Of a stretch of DNA of 64,000 bases, positions 1 through 9,318 are shown one piece after another (the first letter of the stretch is position 1; the number at the start of each line of letters is the position of its first letter). Origin of the DNA: Candidatus Bathyarchaeia archaeon. Its GTDB lineage: Archaea > Thermoproteota > Bathyarchaeia > Bathyarchaeales > Bathycorpusculaceae. A program made the position numbers and the translations under genes. The stretch spans positions 731 to 64,730 of the forward strand of contig JAVZOA010000001.1 in the NCBI GenBank assembly GCA_038882535.1, read 5' to 3'. Below the pieces are notes generated by a model. It was not told where the DNA came from. It searched no databases and was given only the letters and a program-made list of their open reading frames with translations.

Positions 1-1469
1 AAAACTCTTTTGTTATGGCTGTTTTGGTTTCGATTTTGGATGTGGCTGCTGGCATTCCGATGGCTTGGCTCATAGCCCGAAGCAAATCAAAATGGATAAA
101 CATTTTGGACACGCTTGCAGACGTCCCATTCGTCGTGCCAACAGCCGTGCTCGGCTATTCACTCCTACTATTCTGGTATGAGCCAGAAGGAATTTCAGCG
201 ATTTTTGGCGGTTCACTTGTTTCGCCCGGCTGGCTTCTTGTTGCACTTCTTCATTTCACATTTTCATACCCAGTTGCTGTGAGGGTTATCGTTGGTGCTT
301 TATTGGACTACAAGATTGAATACGAACAAGCGTCAAGAACTTTGGGCGCACCACCCTTCACAACAGCCAGAACCGTCACTTTTGGCATAATAAAGCCCTC
401 CTTGATTGCTGCTTTTATTCTAGCATTTGCAAGGTCCATTTCAGAAACTGGAGCCACAATGATGGTTGCTGGTGCCTTCGAAAATGGTCCCGTTTTTATT
501 CAAAACATGAAAAATGCGTTCTCAACTCAACCGCCCTTGGTAAGTCAAGCTGTTTATGAAGGCTCAACGGTTTTTGCAAGCCTCATTCTCATAGTTGCTT
601 CGTGCCTAATTTTTGCTGCGGTACGCGTTCTTGGAGGTAAACTGAAACTGCCGTTTAAAAGGGCTTGGCCAACAGTTGAAAGGAAAATAAGCTATTCTTC
701 GGCGGCTCTAACAAGAAATGGCGTCACCCTCCTAATCTTCTTTATTATTGTGCTGATTCCCTCGGTTTTTGCGGCCCTTCCAGCCTTCAAAGCCGCATCA
801 ACAGACATCTTGCGCAACGCTTTCTTGGGGGTTTATCCGTGGGGGGAGTATTGGCAAAGCCTTGTCCTTTCATATTCCTTGGGAGCCATCGTAACAGTCT
901 TAAATGTTCTTATAGGCTTGCCAATGGCAATAATTGTTGCACGAAAAAGGCTCGGGAAAACTTCGTCAGCCTTAAACGTGCTTGTCGACATCCCTATAAT
1001 CGTGCCTTCAGTGGCTTTGGGTGTTTCTCTTAAATTCTTCTGGAAAGAAACTTTGGCTTTCATACCAGACATATGGCTTCTCATTTTTGCCCATTTAGCT
1101 ATCACATATCCATATTTTGTGAGGTCTATGTCGGCAGCCATTGAGAGAATAAGCATAGAGCTCGAGGAAGCGTCAAGAACCTTAGGGGCAAAGCCATTAG
1201 GCGTATTTAGAACAATCATATTCCCTCTAACCAAATATTCAATGTTTTCCGGCGCCATAATGGTTTTCACGAGAAGCGTCAGCGAGACTGGTGCTACGCT
1301 GGCAGTTACTCATCTTAAAACTGCCCCAGTGGTCCTTGTGAATTGGGTTAAGGGAAAAGTTGTCGTCACGCCTTTGGAAATTGGTTTGGGTTGCGGTTTC
1401 TTAATATTAATCTCTTTCATAATCCTATTAGCCTTAAGGCTTATTGTTAGAGGTAGGAGGAGGTATTAG
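1..1469 (+). CDS. ABC transporter permease with two fused transmembrane domains (5' end probably cut by the window edge)
   Basis: The frame is open from nt 3, so the ATG at 15 is probably internal. There are two permease EAA-type loops (EYEQASRTLGAPPF and ELEEASRTLGAKPL). The protein is hydrophobic throughout and is followed directly by an ABC ATPase. Confidence 0.8.
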   Translation, partial: NSFVMAVLVSILDVAAGIPMAWLIARSKSKWINILDTLADVPFVVPTAVLGYSLLLFWYEPEGISAIFGGSLVSPGWLLVALLHFTFSYPVAVRVIVGALLDYKIEYEQASRTLGAPPFTTARTVTFGIIKPSLIAAFILAFARSISETGATMMVAGAFENGPVFIQNMKNAFSTQPPLVSQAVYEGSTVFASLILIVASCLIFAAVRVLGGKLKLPFKRAWPTVERKISYSSAALTRNGVTLLIFFIIVLIPSVFAALPAFKAASTDILRNAFLGVYPWGEYWQSLVLSYSLGAIVTVLNVLIGLPMAIIVARKRLGKTSSALNVLVDIPIIVPSVALGVSLKFFWKETLAFIPDIWLLIFAHLAITYPYFVRSMSAAIERISIELEEASRTLGAKPLGVFRTIIFPLTKYSMFSGAIMVFTRSVSETGATLAVTHLKTAPVVLVNWVKGKVVVTPLEIGLGCGFLILISFIILLALRLIVRGRRRY

Positions 1470-1470
1470 C

Positions 1471-2574
1471 ATGCCAGATGTGCGCTTGGTTAATGTTACG
1501 AAACGGTTTGGCAAAATTGTGGCTGTTGAAAACGTTAGCCTCCACATAAAGGATAAGGAGTATTTTTCCATTCTTGGACCGAGCGGCTGTGGAAAAACGA
1601 CACTGCTTAGGCTTATTGCTGGATTGATAGAGCCCGATGAGGGAGAAATTTACATTGGCGATAGACTTGTCAACAATGTTCCGCCTGAAGATCGCGACAT
1701 TGGTTTTGTATTCCAAACATTTGCACTTTTTCCCCATATGAATGCTTGGGAAAATGTCATTTATGGTCCAAGGGTTAAGGGCTTTGACATGCAAAAAGCC
1801 GAAAGGATAGGGCATGAAGTTTTGGAAATGGTTAGGCTTCACGAGCGCCTAGACGCTTTTCCAAGCGAGCTAAGTGGTGGAATGATGCAGAGAATAGCCG
1901 TAGCAAGAGCGCTTGCTGCTGGTGCAAAACTGCTACTTTTAGACGAGCCTTTGGGACATTTGGACGCCAAGGTTAGAAACGAGCTTAGGTATGAAATTAG
2001 GCGCATGACGAAGGATTTGGAGTTAACGGCTATACACGTGACCCACGACCAGTCGGAGGCTATGGCAATATCTGACAGAATAGCTGTCATGAAGAAGGGA
2101 AAAGTTCTACAGGTGGGGACGCCTCAAGAGCTTTACATGAACCCGCAAAGCATATTTGTGGCAAACTTTATTGGAGGCTCAAACTTTTTGGAGGGCTTCA
2201 TAGCGGAAACTAAGGGGCGGATGGCAGTTATTGAGCTTCGCGGAGGCTTAAAAGTTCAAGCAGTTAACAAAGGCATAGATAAAGGCAAAAGGGTAGTATT
2301 AGCAATTAGACCGGAAACCTTCATCATCAAAAAGGAGAAGAGCGCAGCTGAAAATGCAGTTTCAGGCGTGGTTGAAAGGTTAGCCTTTGAAGGAACAAAT
2401 GTGAGGTATGAGGTTAGGCTTGAAAATCAGGATTTAGTGGTGGTTGTTACGCCTTCACTGGCTTGCGAGTGGTTTAATATAGGAGAGAAGGTTACCTTAA
2501 GCTTCCCGCTGGAAAACGCCTACTTGTTCGTCTACCCTGAGTTGGGGTTAAGGGAGGAGTTAGCGGTTGAGTGA
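1471..2574 (+). CDS. ABC transporter ATP-binding protein with C-terminal TOBE-like domain
   Basis: Walker A GPSGCGKTT, signature LSGGMMQRIAVARAL, Walker B LLLLDEP, H-loop VTHD. The ATG at 1471 is preceded by GGAGGAGG; the longest ORF starts at 1444. Confidence 0.9.
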   Translation: MPDVRLVNVTKRFGKIVAVENVSLHIKDKEYFSILGPSGCGKTTLLRLIAGLIEPDEGEIYIGDRLVNNVPPEDRDIGFVFQTFALFPHMNAWENVIYGPRVKGFDMQKAERIGHEVLEMVRLHERLDAFPSELSGGMMQRIAVARALAAGAKLLLLDEPLGHLDAKVRNELRYEIRRMTKDLELTAIHVTHDQSEAMAISDRIAVMKKGKVLQVGTPQELYMNPQSIFVANFIGGSNFLEGFIAETKGRMAVIELRGGLKVQAVNKGIDKGKRVVLAIRPETFIIKKEKSAAENAVSGVVERLAFEGTNVRYEVRLENQDLVVVVTPSLACEWFNIGEKVTLSFPLENAYLFVYPELGLREELAVE

Positions 2575-3226
2575 ACTGATAAAATGGTTTGAAAAGCGGA
2601 GGGAAACAAAAGCCTTAACAATGATACAGCAGCACCTTGCAATAACAACCAGCATAGTTGAGGATTTGGAAAAAGCCGTTAAGGCAGCGGTGAACGGCGA
2701 CGTGAAAGTGATGCAAAACTGTGTGGAAAGAATTGCCAGCGGCGAAAGAGAAGCGGACAGCCTACGCCGAAAAGTTATGGATGAGGTCTCTAAGGGGGAA
2801 CTCCCGCCAACAGCTAGAGAAGACATAATGCACCTTGTTAAAAGAGTTGATATGGTTGCAGACTGGAGCAGAGAATCCACAAGGGTTTTGATGGCTACGC
2901 CTATGGAGCATGTGCCAGCCTCCATCAAGAAAGAGTTTGTGGAGATGGCTAAAAGTGTGAAAGAATGCGCGGTACTGCTCCAAAAGTGCATAAACAAAAT
3001 AATAACAAAGCCGGAAGAAGCCCTTCAAGCAGCAGACGCCGTGGAGAGGGAAGAAGAGAAGGTGGATGAGTTGCACGAGGAGGCAAGAACATTGTTGGGA
3101 AAAGAGAACCTTCAGAGGGCTGGGGTCGCCGTCCTAGTTGGTCAGCTTTTCGAAGCGATGGAAATGATTGCAGACGCATGTGAAGATGCATGTGACCACG
3201 TTAGAATTATAATGGTGAGAAAGTAA
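2567..3226 (+). CDS. PhoU-related / DUF47-like helical protein
   Basis: All-helical 219 aa. N-terminus, length and acidic helices resemble DUF47 (PhoU-like) proteins. The TTG start overlaps the stop of the ATPase gene. Confidence 0.45.
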   Translation: MSELIKWFEKRRETKALTMIQQHLAITTSIVEDLEKAVKAAVNGDVKVMQNCVERIASGEREADSLRRKVMDEVSKGELPPTAREDIMHLVKRVDMVADWSRESTRVLMATPMEHVPASIKKEFVEMAKSVKECAVLLQKCINKIITKPEEALQAADAVEREEEKVDELHEEARTLLGKENLQRAGVAVLVGQLFEAMEMIADACEDACDHVRIIMVRK

Positions 3227-3249
3227 ACAATAATGGAGGCGAAAATGAA

Positions 3250-3528
3250 ATGGCTGAAATAAAAATTGACGTGTCTGAACTTAAGGCTGAAGGCGGAGAT
3301 ATTAGGAGCGAGCTTGCAGAATTTTTGAAAGAGAAGACAAATGCCGAAGTGAAAACGCTAACAAACGAAATCGTTGTAAAGGGCGAAGAGAAAAGCCTTT
3401 CAAAACAGTATTTGAGGGTTCTCCTGAAAAAGTTTCTACACAAAAGCGAGCTTAAGGACCATTATAAGGTTATAAGTGGGAAAGAAGGCGCCTTAAAGGT
3501 TAAGGAGCGAAAACTGCCCGAAGAATAA
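3250..3528 (+). CDS. ribosomal protein eL22-like
   Basis: The C-terminal half LSKQYLRVLLKKFLHKSELKDHYKVISGKEGALKVKE aligns by eye with the conserved eL22 segment [37 protein letters not shown] (recalled human RPL22). The 92-aa size is appropriate. Confidence 0.6.
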   Translation: MAEIKIDVSELKAEGGDIRSELAEFLKEKTNAEVKTLTNEIVVKGEEKSLSKQYLRVLLKKFLHKSELKDHYKVISGKEGALKVKERKLPEE

Positions 3529-3529
3529 C

Positions 3530-3925
3530 CTACTTCGCCTTCAAGCGTTCACGCTTTTTCTTTGCGAGATTCTCTTCAACGGCGAAAACGCAGTGTCTCG
3601 CCCCATAAACATCTTTATATGCGTCCAAAACCTTGCCACTTACCAAAAGCCTTTTAGCATCATCCAACAAACTGTGAACTTCAGCCAAAACGTTGTGGAT
3701 ATCATCCTTTTTTATGTCTGGGTTTGGCTTCCATTTGGATTTGTCAACATTCTCTTCTTGAAAAGTTAGGGAAAACATGAAAAGGGCGTATTCCAGCTCA
3801 GCGGCCACATGCCAAAAATGTTCTGTAAAAGAGTTTTCATCTCCGCTGCTCAATGCTGAAATCGATTTTGTCAAGTAGTTGGCTGCGGATTCCAAAGCCT
3901 TCAATATTTTGTCGTTGAACGCCAT
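3530..3925 (-). CDS. hypothetical helical protein
   Basis: 131-aa ORF with no competing frame and no motif I recognise. Confidence 0.45.
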   Translation of the reverse strand: MAFNDKILKALESAANYLTKSISALSSGDENSFTEHFWHVAAELEYALFMFSLTFQEENVDKSKWKPNPDIKKDDIHNVLAEVHSLLDDAKRLLVSGKVLDAYKDVYGARHCVFAVEENLAKKKRERLKAK

Positions 3926-3988
3926 AGGATTTCAGCTCGCTTTCTGCACAATATATTATGAAGCTTTTTATCTGTTTCGTAAAAGCTT

Positions 3989-4892
3989 TCAACTTTTCCC
4001 TCTAGAAACGAACACTATTCCAGCTAATGTTAATGCGGTTCCTACAATAAAGATTGGAATGGGCAATTCACCGAACAGCACTATGCCTAAGACTGTTGCC
4101 CCTAAAGGCTCAAGTAAAGCCATAGTTGCAGTTTCAAAGGATTTCAGATTTGACAGAGAAGAAAATGCCAAAGTGCGAGCCACCGCCGTTGGCAAAACGC
4201 CCAACCCAATCAGCGGGAGAAGGCTTTCCATAGTTGTTGGCAACCCTAAAGTTTTGTTTATAAAGGCTAATCCTAAGACGCTCACGATCATCGCTGCTAG
4301 AAAATATATGGGAAGCATTGTGGAGATCGTGTCCATTTGACTCCTTATCTTCCTTCCGTAAGTAAGGAACAAGGCTTCAAGCACAGCGGGCCAATGTGGC
4401 TTCTAAATCCCCCTTTAGTCTGGGAGAAAAGCTATTCAACGAAGCACCAGTCATTTGAGTTTCAGCGTAAGCAATAACGCATACGCCGATAAAGGCTAAT
4501 GTTATGCCTAAAACGGCAAGGCTTGAAGGCTTAACATTATAGAATAGGCTTGAGAAAAATAGGGAAAAAATTGGAGTTGTGTTGACAAGAACTGTTGCAT
4601 TTAAAATTGACGTATCCTTCACAGCTGATATGAAAAATATGAAGTGTAAGCTGAGGAAAAAGCTTAGAACTAAGAGATTTCCCAAATTCTTTTTAACAAG
4701 GTTAAAGCTGAAAACTTTTCTAGGCAAAAAGAGCACCAGAGCCAACACACTGCAGGCAATGATTAAGCGCCAGAAAGCTATAGAAAAAGCATCAAAATTT
4801 TGAAGATACCTTATGAAGATGGCTGAAGTTCCAAAAAGGGTGCCAGCGGTTACACCTTCTATAATGGCTAGTTTTCTTGTTTTAACATGCAT
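3989..4892 (-). pseudogene. EamA/DMT-family transporter split by a frameshift (ORFs 4377..4892 and 3989..4384)
   Basis: The two adjacent ORFs are the two EamA halves, about 5 TM helices each. The break falls at GDLEATLARCA* / LEALFLTYGRKI. A 1-nt shift near 4385-4400 restores a continuous protein. Confidence 0.6.
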
Positions 4893-5008
4893 GATGTATG
4901 CTCTTCTTCAAATCACATTTATACATTTTCGCCTACTAAAAGGGAAAGAATAAATGAAGTTTCAGTAAACGAATTGTCAATATTCCAAGCTGAAAGAAGG
5001 GTTTAACA

Positions 5009-5905
5009 ATGAAGCTTGTCCGCTACTTTGACGGAGAAAAGGAAAGTTACGGTGTTTTATCCAGCGACGAGAAAAGAATAATTTGTTTGCCAAGCCTCGC
5101 CAAAACCATGCATAGACGACTTCCAAATAGAATGGAAGCCTTCGTGACAGAGGGAGAAAGAGCCATTAAAACTGCAGAAAAGCTCCTTAAGGAAGCCTCA
5201 AAACGTGCTATTGAGAAAAACTCGGTGCCAGTTAGTAGGATAAGGCTTCTGGCGTCCATAGCCCACCCGCCAAAAATTATATGCTTAGGGCTAAACTATA
5301 GAGACCATGCCGCAGAACAAAACGCTCAGATACCAGAGGAGCCAATAATCTTTCTTAAGCCCCACACAACTATAATTGGACCAAACGAGAACATCGTTAA
5401 GCCAAAAATTGTCAAAGAACTCGACTACGAAGCGGAACTAGCCATAGTGATAGGGCAAAAAGGTAAAAACATTCCAGTTTCAGAGACGCGAAAGCACATT
5501 TTTGGATACACAATTTTAAACGATGTTTCAGCAAGGGACATCCAGTTCAAAGATAGGCAGTGGACAAGGGGCAAAAGCTTCGACACCTTCGCGCCTATCG
5601 GACCATGCATAACAACAGAAAACCAAATGCGTGACACATCTAATCTCCGCATCAGAACATGGGTTGATGGAGAACTCCGCCAAGACTCAACAACAAGAAA
5701 CATGGTTTTCAACGTTTATGAGATAGTTCACCATCTAAGCAGAGTTATGACCTTGGAGCCATGCGACATAATTGCCACTGGGACACCCGCCGGTGTTGGC
5801 TTCGCCATAAAGCCGGAACCAAAATTTCTGAAACCCGGAAGCACTGTGAGAATAGAGATTGAGGGGATAGGCATTTTAGAAAACAGAGTTGTTGAAGAAG
5901 GCTAG
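5009..5905 (+). CDS. fumarylacetoacetate hydrolase (FAH) family protein
   Basis: FAH-family blocks ICLGLNYRDHAAE, EPIIFLKP, DYEAELAIVIG, GYTILNDVSARDIQ and GKSFDTFAPIGPCI. Confidence 0.85.
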   Translation: MKLVRYFDGEKESYGVLSSDEKRIICLPSLAKTMHRRLPNRMEAFVTEGERAIKTAEKLLKEASKRAIEKNSVPVSRIRLLASIAHPPKIICLGLNYRDHAAEQNAQIPEEPIIFLKPHTTIIGPNENIVKPKIVKELDYEAELAIVIGQKGKNIPVSETRKHIFGYTILNDVSARDIQFKDRQWTRGKSFDTFAPIGPCITTENQMRDTSNLRIRTWVDGELRQDSTTRNMVFNVYEIVHHLSRVMTLEPCDIIATGTPAGVGFAIKPEPKFLKPGSTVRIEIEGIGILENRVVEEG

Positions 5906-5911
5906 CCTAGG

Positions 5912-7999
5912 CTACTTTTCGACTGATATTTTGCTTTCCCCAGCCTCCTTCTCCACTCTTATAACGTGTTCGGCTTTTTCGGCGAAAGCTTCGCTGTGGG
6001 TTACAGCGATTATTTGCTCCACAGCTTTAAACCTTGAGATGGCTTCTGCCAAGCGGTCGATTGAGCCGTCTTCCCTTCCAAGGCTTTCAGTGGGCTCGTC
6101 AAGCAGTAGTAGGCTTAAACCATGACCAGTTCTGGACTGCATTATTAGTTGACCAAGCCCTAGGCGGTATGCGAAGGCTATTAGGGTGCGCTCCCCACCA
6201 GAAAGGTTTGAAACTTCTCTTTCCACGCCAGTCTCGCTTATCACATACGGCGTATAAGTCTCATCTATCGTAATGTTTATGGGCGCTCCTTCTTCGCCTA
6301 CTAGGCTGTCTAGGATTTGCTGGACAAAGTTCTTCAAGACTTTTACAAATTCGCTTCGCAGTTTTGGCTGAATGCTTCTATAGGCGTCACGTATGCTACT
6401 TATAACGCCCAAAAGCTTGTCAAGCTTCTCCATCTCCTCAAACTTTTTCTGGGCTTGGTCTACGCGCTCCTTAATTTCATCCAACCGCTGCATCATGTCC
6501 TTCTTGCGGTTTTCCTTAGTTCGCAAGTCAGCCTCAAGCTTATAATACTGCTGGAAAGCCTGTTCTCTAAGCCTTCTGGCAGTTTCAAGCTGGGACATGT
6601 CAAATCTGGCAATTTCCGCCCGTAGGCTTTCAAGCTGAACTCTCAACGTGTTTTCCATTTTCTGCTTTTCTTCAAATTCCGTTGAAAGCTCAGCTAAAGC
6701 ATTGGACTCCTCGTTTAAGCGGGTTTTCAAGTCTTCAATCCTCGGCAGCAAAGCCTGAAGGTTGGATATGGCGGAGTTGGCTTTCTCCCTTATCTGCTGC
6801 AGTTCCTCGATGTCTTTTTGAAGCTGGCTTATGGTCATTTGCCTCTCGCTGTTTTCCTTTTGGATGCGTTCCACTAAGCTATTCTTGTAATCGGCAGTTA
6901 GAGGCTGGAGACAGAGCGGACACCGGTTTTCAGCTGAAAGCGATGAAAGCCTTCGCTGGTCTGCTTGGAGATTTCTAAGAATAGCTTCCTGTTCTGCTTT
7001 TAGGCTTGCGATTTGCTCGTCGAAGGCTGAAAGGTGTTGCCTCAAGGTTTCGATGGGCTGGTCTGCTGGAACCCCAACCGCTTTAAGCGTTTCCTTGTAG
7101 GTGTTTGCTTGCGACTCCATAGCGTTGATGCGCTGCTTCAAATTCTCAATTATTGCTTTTTTCCCTTCAAATTTCTCAGCCAACGAGGCCAAAGAATCTT
7201 CAAGGCTTGCTAGGCTGGCTTGTATCTGGGCTTCCCTGCGTTTGAGATTCTCTACGGATGTTCTAAGTTCCTCAAGTTTTTGGAGTTTTAGGTCTGCCTC
7301 TTCCAAAGCCTTTTTGGCTTCACCCAGTTTTCTCGCGTCTTCTTGGATGTCAACCTCTAGCTGGGCGAAGTCTCTGGCTAGGCTGTTGTAATCCTCATTA
7401 AGCTTTTTAATTCCAACGATGTCCGGGTCCTTTTCGTATGCTCTTTTTTCGCCCTCGTATTCTTTCTGGTAACCAGCCATATTGCTCCATGCAGTTTCGT
7501 ATCCTGACAAACCGAAGAGTTCGTCTAGGCGTTTTTGCCGCTCTCTTGGCGGGGCGTCCAAAAGCTCTTTTAGGTGTTCTTGGCGAACCCAAACTATTTC
7601 TCGGAAAAGCTCCTTCTCCAAGCCAGTGATAGCCTTCAATTGTTCTGCGACGGCGTCGGTTTTCACACTTGCGATTAGAGTTTCGCCTTCAAAGAGTTTA
7701 AGCTCGTCAAAGTCTTGGCTTATGCCCTTCCCACGCCTCTTCAAACCCCTTGATATAGTGTAGCTTTTGCCGTTGTGGGTGAACTGGACAACAACTTTTC
7801 CGGTTTCAGCGCCATCCCGCAAGAGGTAGTCGTAGCTCCTTCCAAGGGGGTCTCCGAAGAGGGCGAAGTCTATGGCGTAAAGTATGCTGGATTTTCCACA
7901 GCCCAAGCCGCCGACAAGGCAGTTGAAGCCTCTTGCAAATGGAACTGTGGACTTCGCGTGGGAGCGGATATTCTCTAACTGGACAACTTCTATTTTCAT
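5912..7999 (-). CDS. rad50: DNA double-strand break repair ATPase Rad50
   Basis: N-terminal Walker A GGLGCGKSS, long coiled coil with central zinc hook CPLC, C-terminal signature LSGGERTLIAFAYRL and Walker B LLLLDEPT. Overlaps mre11 by 4 nt. Confidence 0.9.
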   Translation of the reverse strand: MKIEVVQLENIRSHAKSTVPFARGFNCLVGGLGCGKSSILYAIDFALFGDPLGRSYDYLLRDGAETGKVVVQFTHNGKSYTISRGLKRRGKGISQDFDELKLFEGETLIASVKTDAVAEQLKAITGLEKELFREIVWVRQEHLKELLDAPPRERQKRLDELFGLSGYETAWSNMAGYQKEYEGEKRAYEKDPDIVGIKKLNEDYNSLARDFAQLEVDIQEDARKLGEAKKALEEADLKLQKLEELRTSVENLKRREAQIQASLASLEDSLASLAEKFEGKKAIIENLKQRINAMESQANTYKETLKAVGVPADQPIETLRQHLSAFDEQIASLKAEQEAILRNLQADQRRLSSLSAENRCPLCLQPLTADYKNSLVERIQKENSERQMTISQLQKDIEELQQIREKANSAISNLQALLPRIEDLKTRLNEESNALAELSTEFEEKQKMENTLRVQLESLRAEIARFDMSQLETARRLREQAFQQYYKLEADLRTKENRKKDMMQRLDEIKERVDQAQKKFEEMEKLDKLLGVISSIRDAYRSIQPKLRSEFVKVLKNFVQQILDSLVGEEGAPINITIDETYTPYVISETGVEREVSNLSGGERTLIAFAYRLGLGQLIMQSRTGHGLSLLLLDEPTESLGREDGSIDRLAEAISRFKAVEQIIAVTHSEAFAEKAEHVIRVEKEAGESKISVEK

Positions 8000-9201
8000 T
8001 GGAGAAGCTCCTCCAGAATCTGCCGAACCTTTTCGTCTTGCTTTTTGGTTAGCGGCTCAATTAGGTGGACAGCAGCCTTGGCAATTTTTTCAGCCTCTTC
8101 CGGACTGTAGCGTTCAGAGAAGATTTGCAAAAAGTATTCGAAGCTTTTCGTTTTCAAATCCTTGATTTCACTTTCGAATATGGAGCGAACAACAGCCTCT
8201 GGAACTTCGCTCTCCCGCAGCAAAATAACCGGATGGACAAGCAAAGCCTTTTCGGCGGCGCCACGGATTTGGGCGACATCAACCTCTGCACGGCTAGCCT
8301 CAACCGGCAAAACACCCCGCAAAACTGGAATTAAAACAGCTCCTTCTTCGTCGGCGCCCTTCACGAGTTGCACAGCGAGTTCAGTGATTTTAGATGCTGT
8401 AACGCCAGTGAAATCCTGCTCCAAAATGACAAACTTGCGGGGAGACTCTAATTTTATGAACTGTGGGTTAGCCTCCCCCTTTTCGTTCACTTCCACATAG
8501 TAGAAGCCCTTCTCATTCCCAGCCTCATCATAGTTTATCGTTTCAGTGCTTCCGGGGTAAACCAGCAACCCAGTTTTGAACTTTTCCATGTAGGGTTTGT
8601 GAACGTGTCCAGCAGCATAGTAGTTGAAGCTTTCTGGTATGAGCTCAACAGAGGCTTCAGCCTCTATGTAGGGCGGATTAACCTCCGGAATGTCCAGTGC
8701 CATGTGGAAGACGAAAATGTTGAAAAGTGAAGGGTCAGGTGTTGGCTTGTTCTGCTCCATAAAAGCTGGAAGCATTTCCTCGGTTTTACGTCTAGTCCGA
8801 TAGTTGGGCACTCCGTAAACGTAGCAGCATTCTGGTTTCCGCCAGCACGCCCCTTCATGCCGTGGCAGATAGTAGATAAGCCCAGCACTGTCCAACGGGT
8901 TAAGAATTGTGCTAGTGACAACGTTTGGCGCCGAGTCGTGAGAACCATCAACGACAAGCACTGGAATGCCAGCCTCCCGCAATCGACTAAAGTTTTTTAT
9001 TGCGTTCTCTAGCGTGACGTTGGATGGTCGTGCATTATGGAAAAGGTCTCCGGCAATTATTAGGAATGCTGGTTTTAGCTCAAGAGTTTTATCAACAAGC
9101 TCTTTGAACGCTTTGTCAAAGTCTTCGCGCCTAACCTCTAAACCGTACTGTGAATAGCCCAAGTGCAAGTCTGCGGCGTGAACGAAACTGAAAGCCTTCA
9201 C
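7996..9201 (-). CDS. mre11: DNA double-strand break repair nuclease Mre11
   Basis: Calcineurin-type phosphoesterase motifs HAADLHLG, IAGDLFH, DGSHD and AGHVH. Lies upstream of and is translationally coupled to rad50. Confidence 0.9.
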   Translation of the reverse strand: MKAFSFVHAADLHLGYSQYGLEVRREDFDKAFKELVDKTLELKPAFLIIAGDLFHNARPSNVTLENAIKNFSRLREAGIPVLVVDGSHDSAPNVVTSTILNPLDSAGLIYYLPRHEGACWRKPECCYVYGVPNYRTRRKTEEMLPAFMEQNKPTPDPSLFNIFVFHMALDIPEVNPPYIEAEASVELIPESFNYYAAGHVHKPYMEKFKTGLLVYPGSTETINYDEAGNEKGFYYVEVNEKGEANPQFIKLESPRKFVILEQDFTGVTASKITELAVQLVKGADEEGAVLIPVLRGVLPVEASRAEVDVAQIRGAAEKALLVHPVILLRESEVPEAVVRSIFESEIKDLKTKSFEYFLQIFSERYSPEEAEKIAKAAVHLIEPLTKKQDEKVRQILEELLQ

Positions 9202-9318
9202 GCTTTCTCCACCCTTTCAAATTAACTTGACGTGTACGCCTATTAACGTTTAACCCAGCACGAACAGAAACATATAAAGAGCAAAAAGCCATTTTAAACG
9301 GTTAAAAGGCGCCTCAAA

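Noticed and set aside
6034-7763. A series of plus-strand ORFs (6034, 6317, 6682, 7101, 7438, 7482 and others) and similar antisense ORFs over mre11.
   Set aside because: All lie antisense to the motif-supported rad50 and mre11 genes. They are shadow frames of a Lys/Glu-rich coiled-coil gene.
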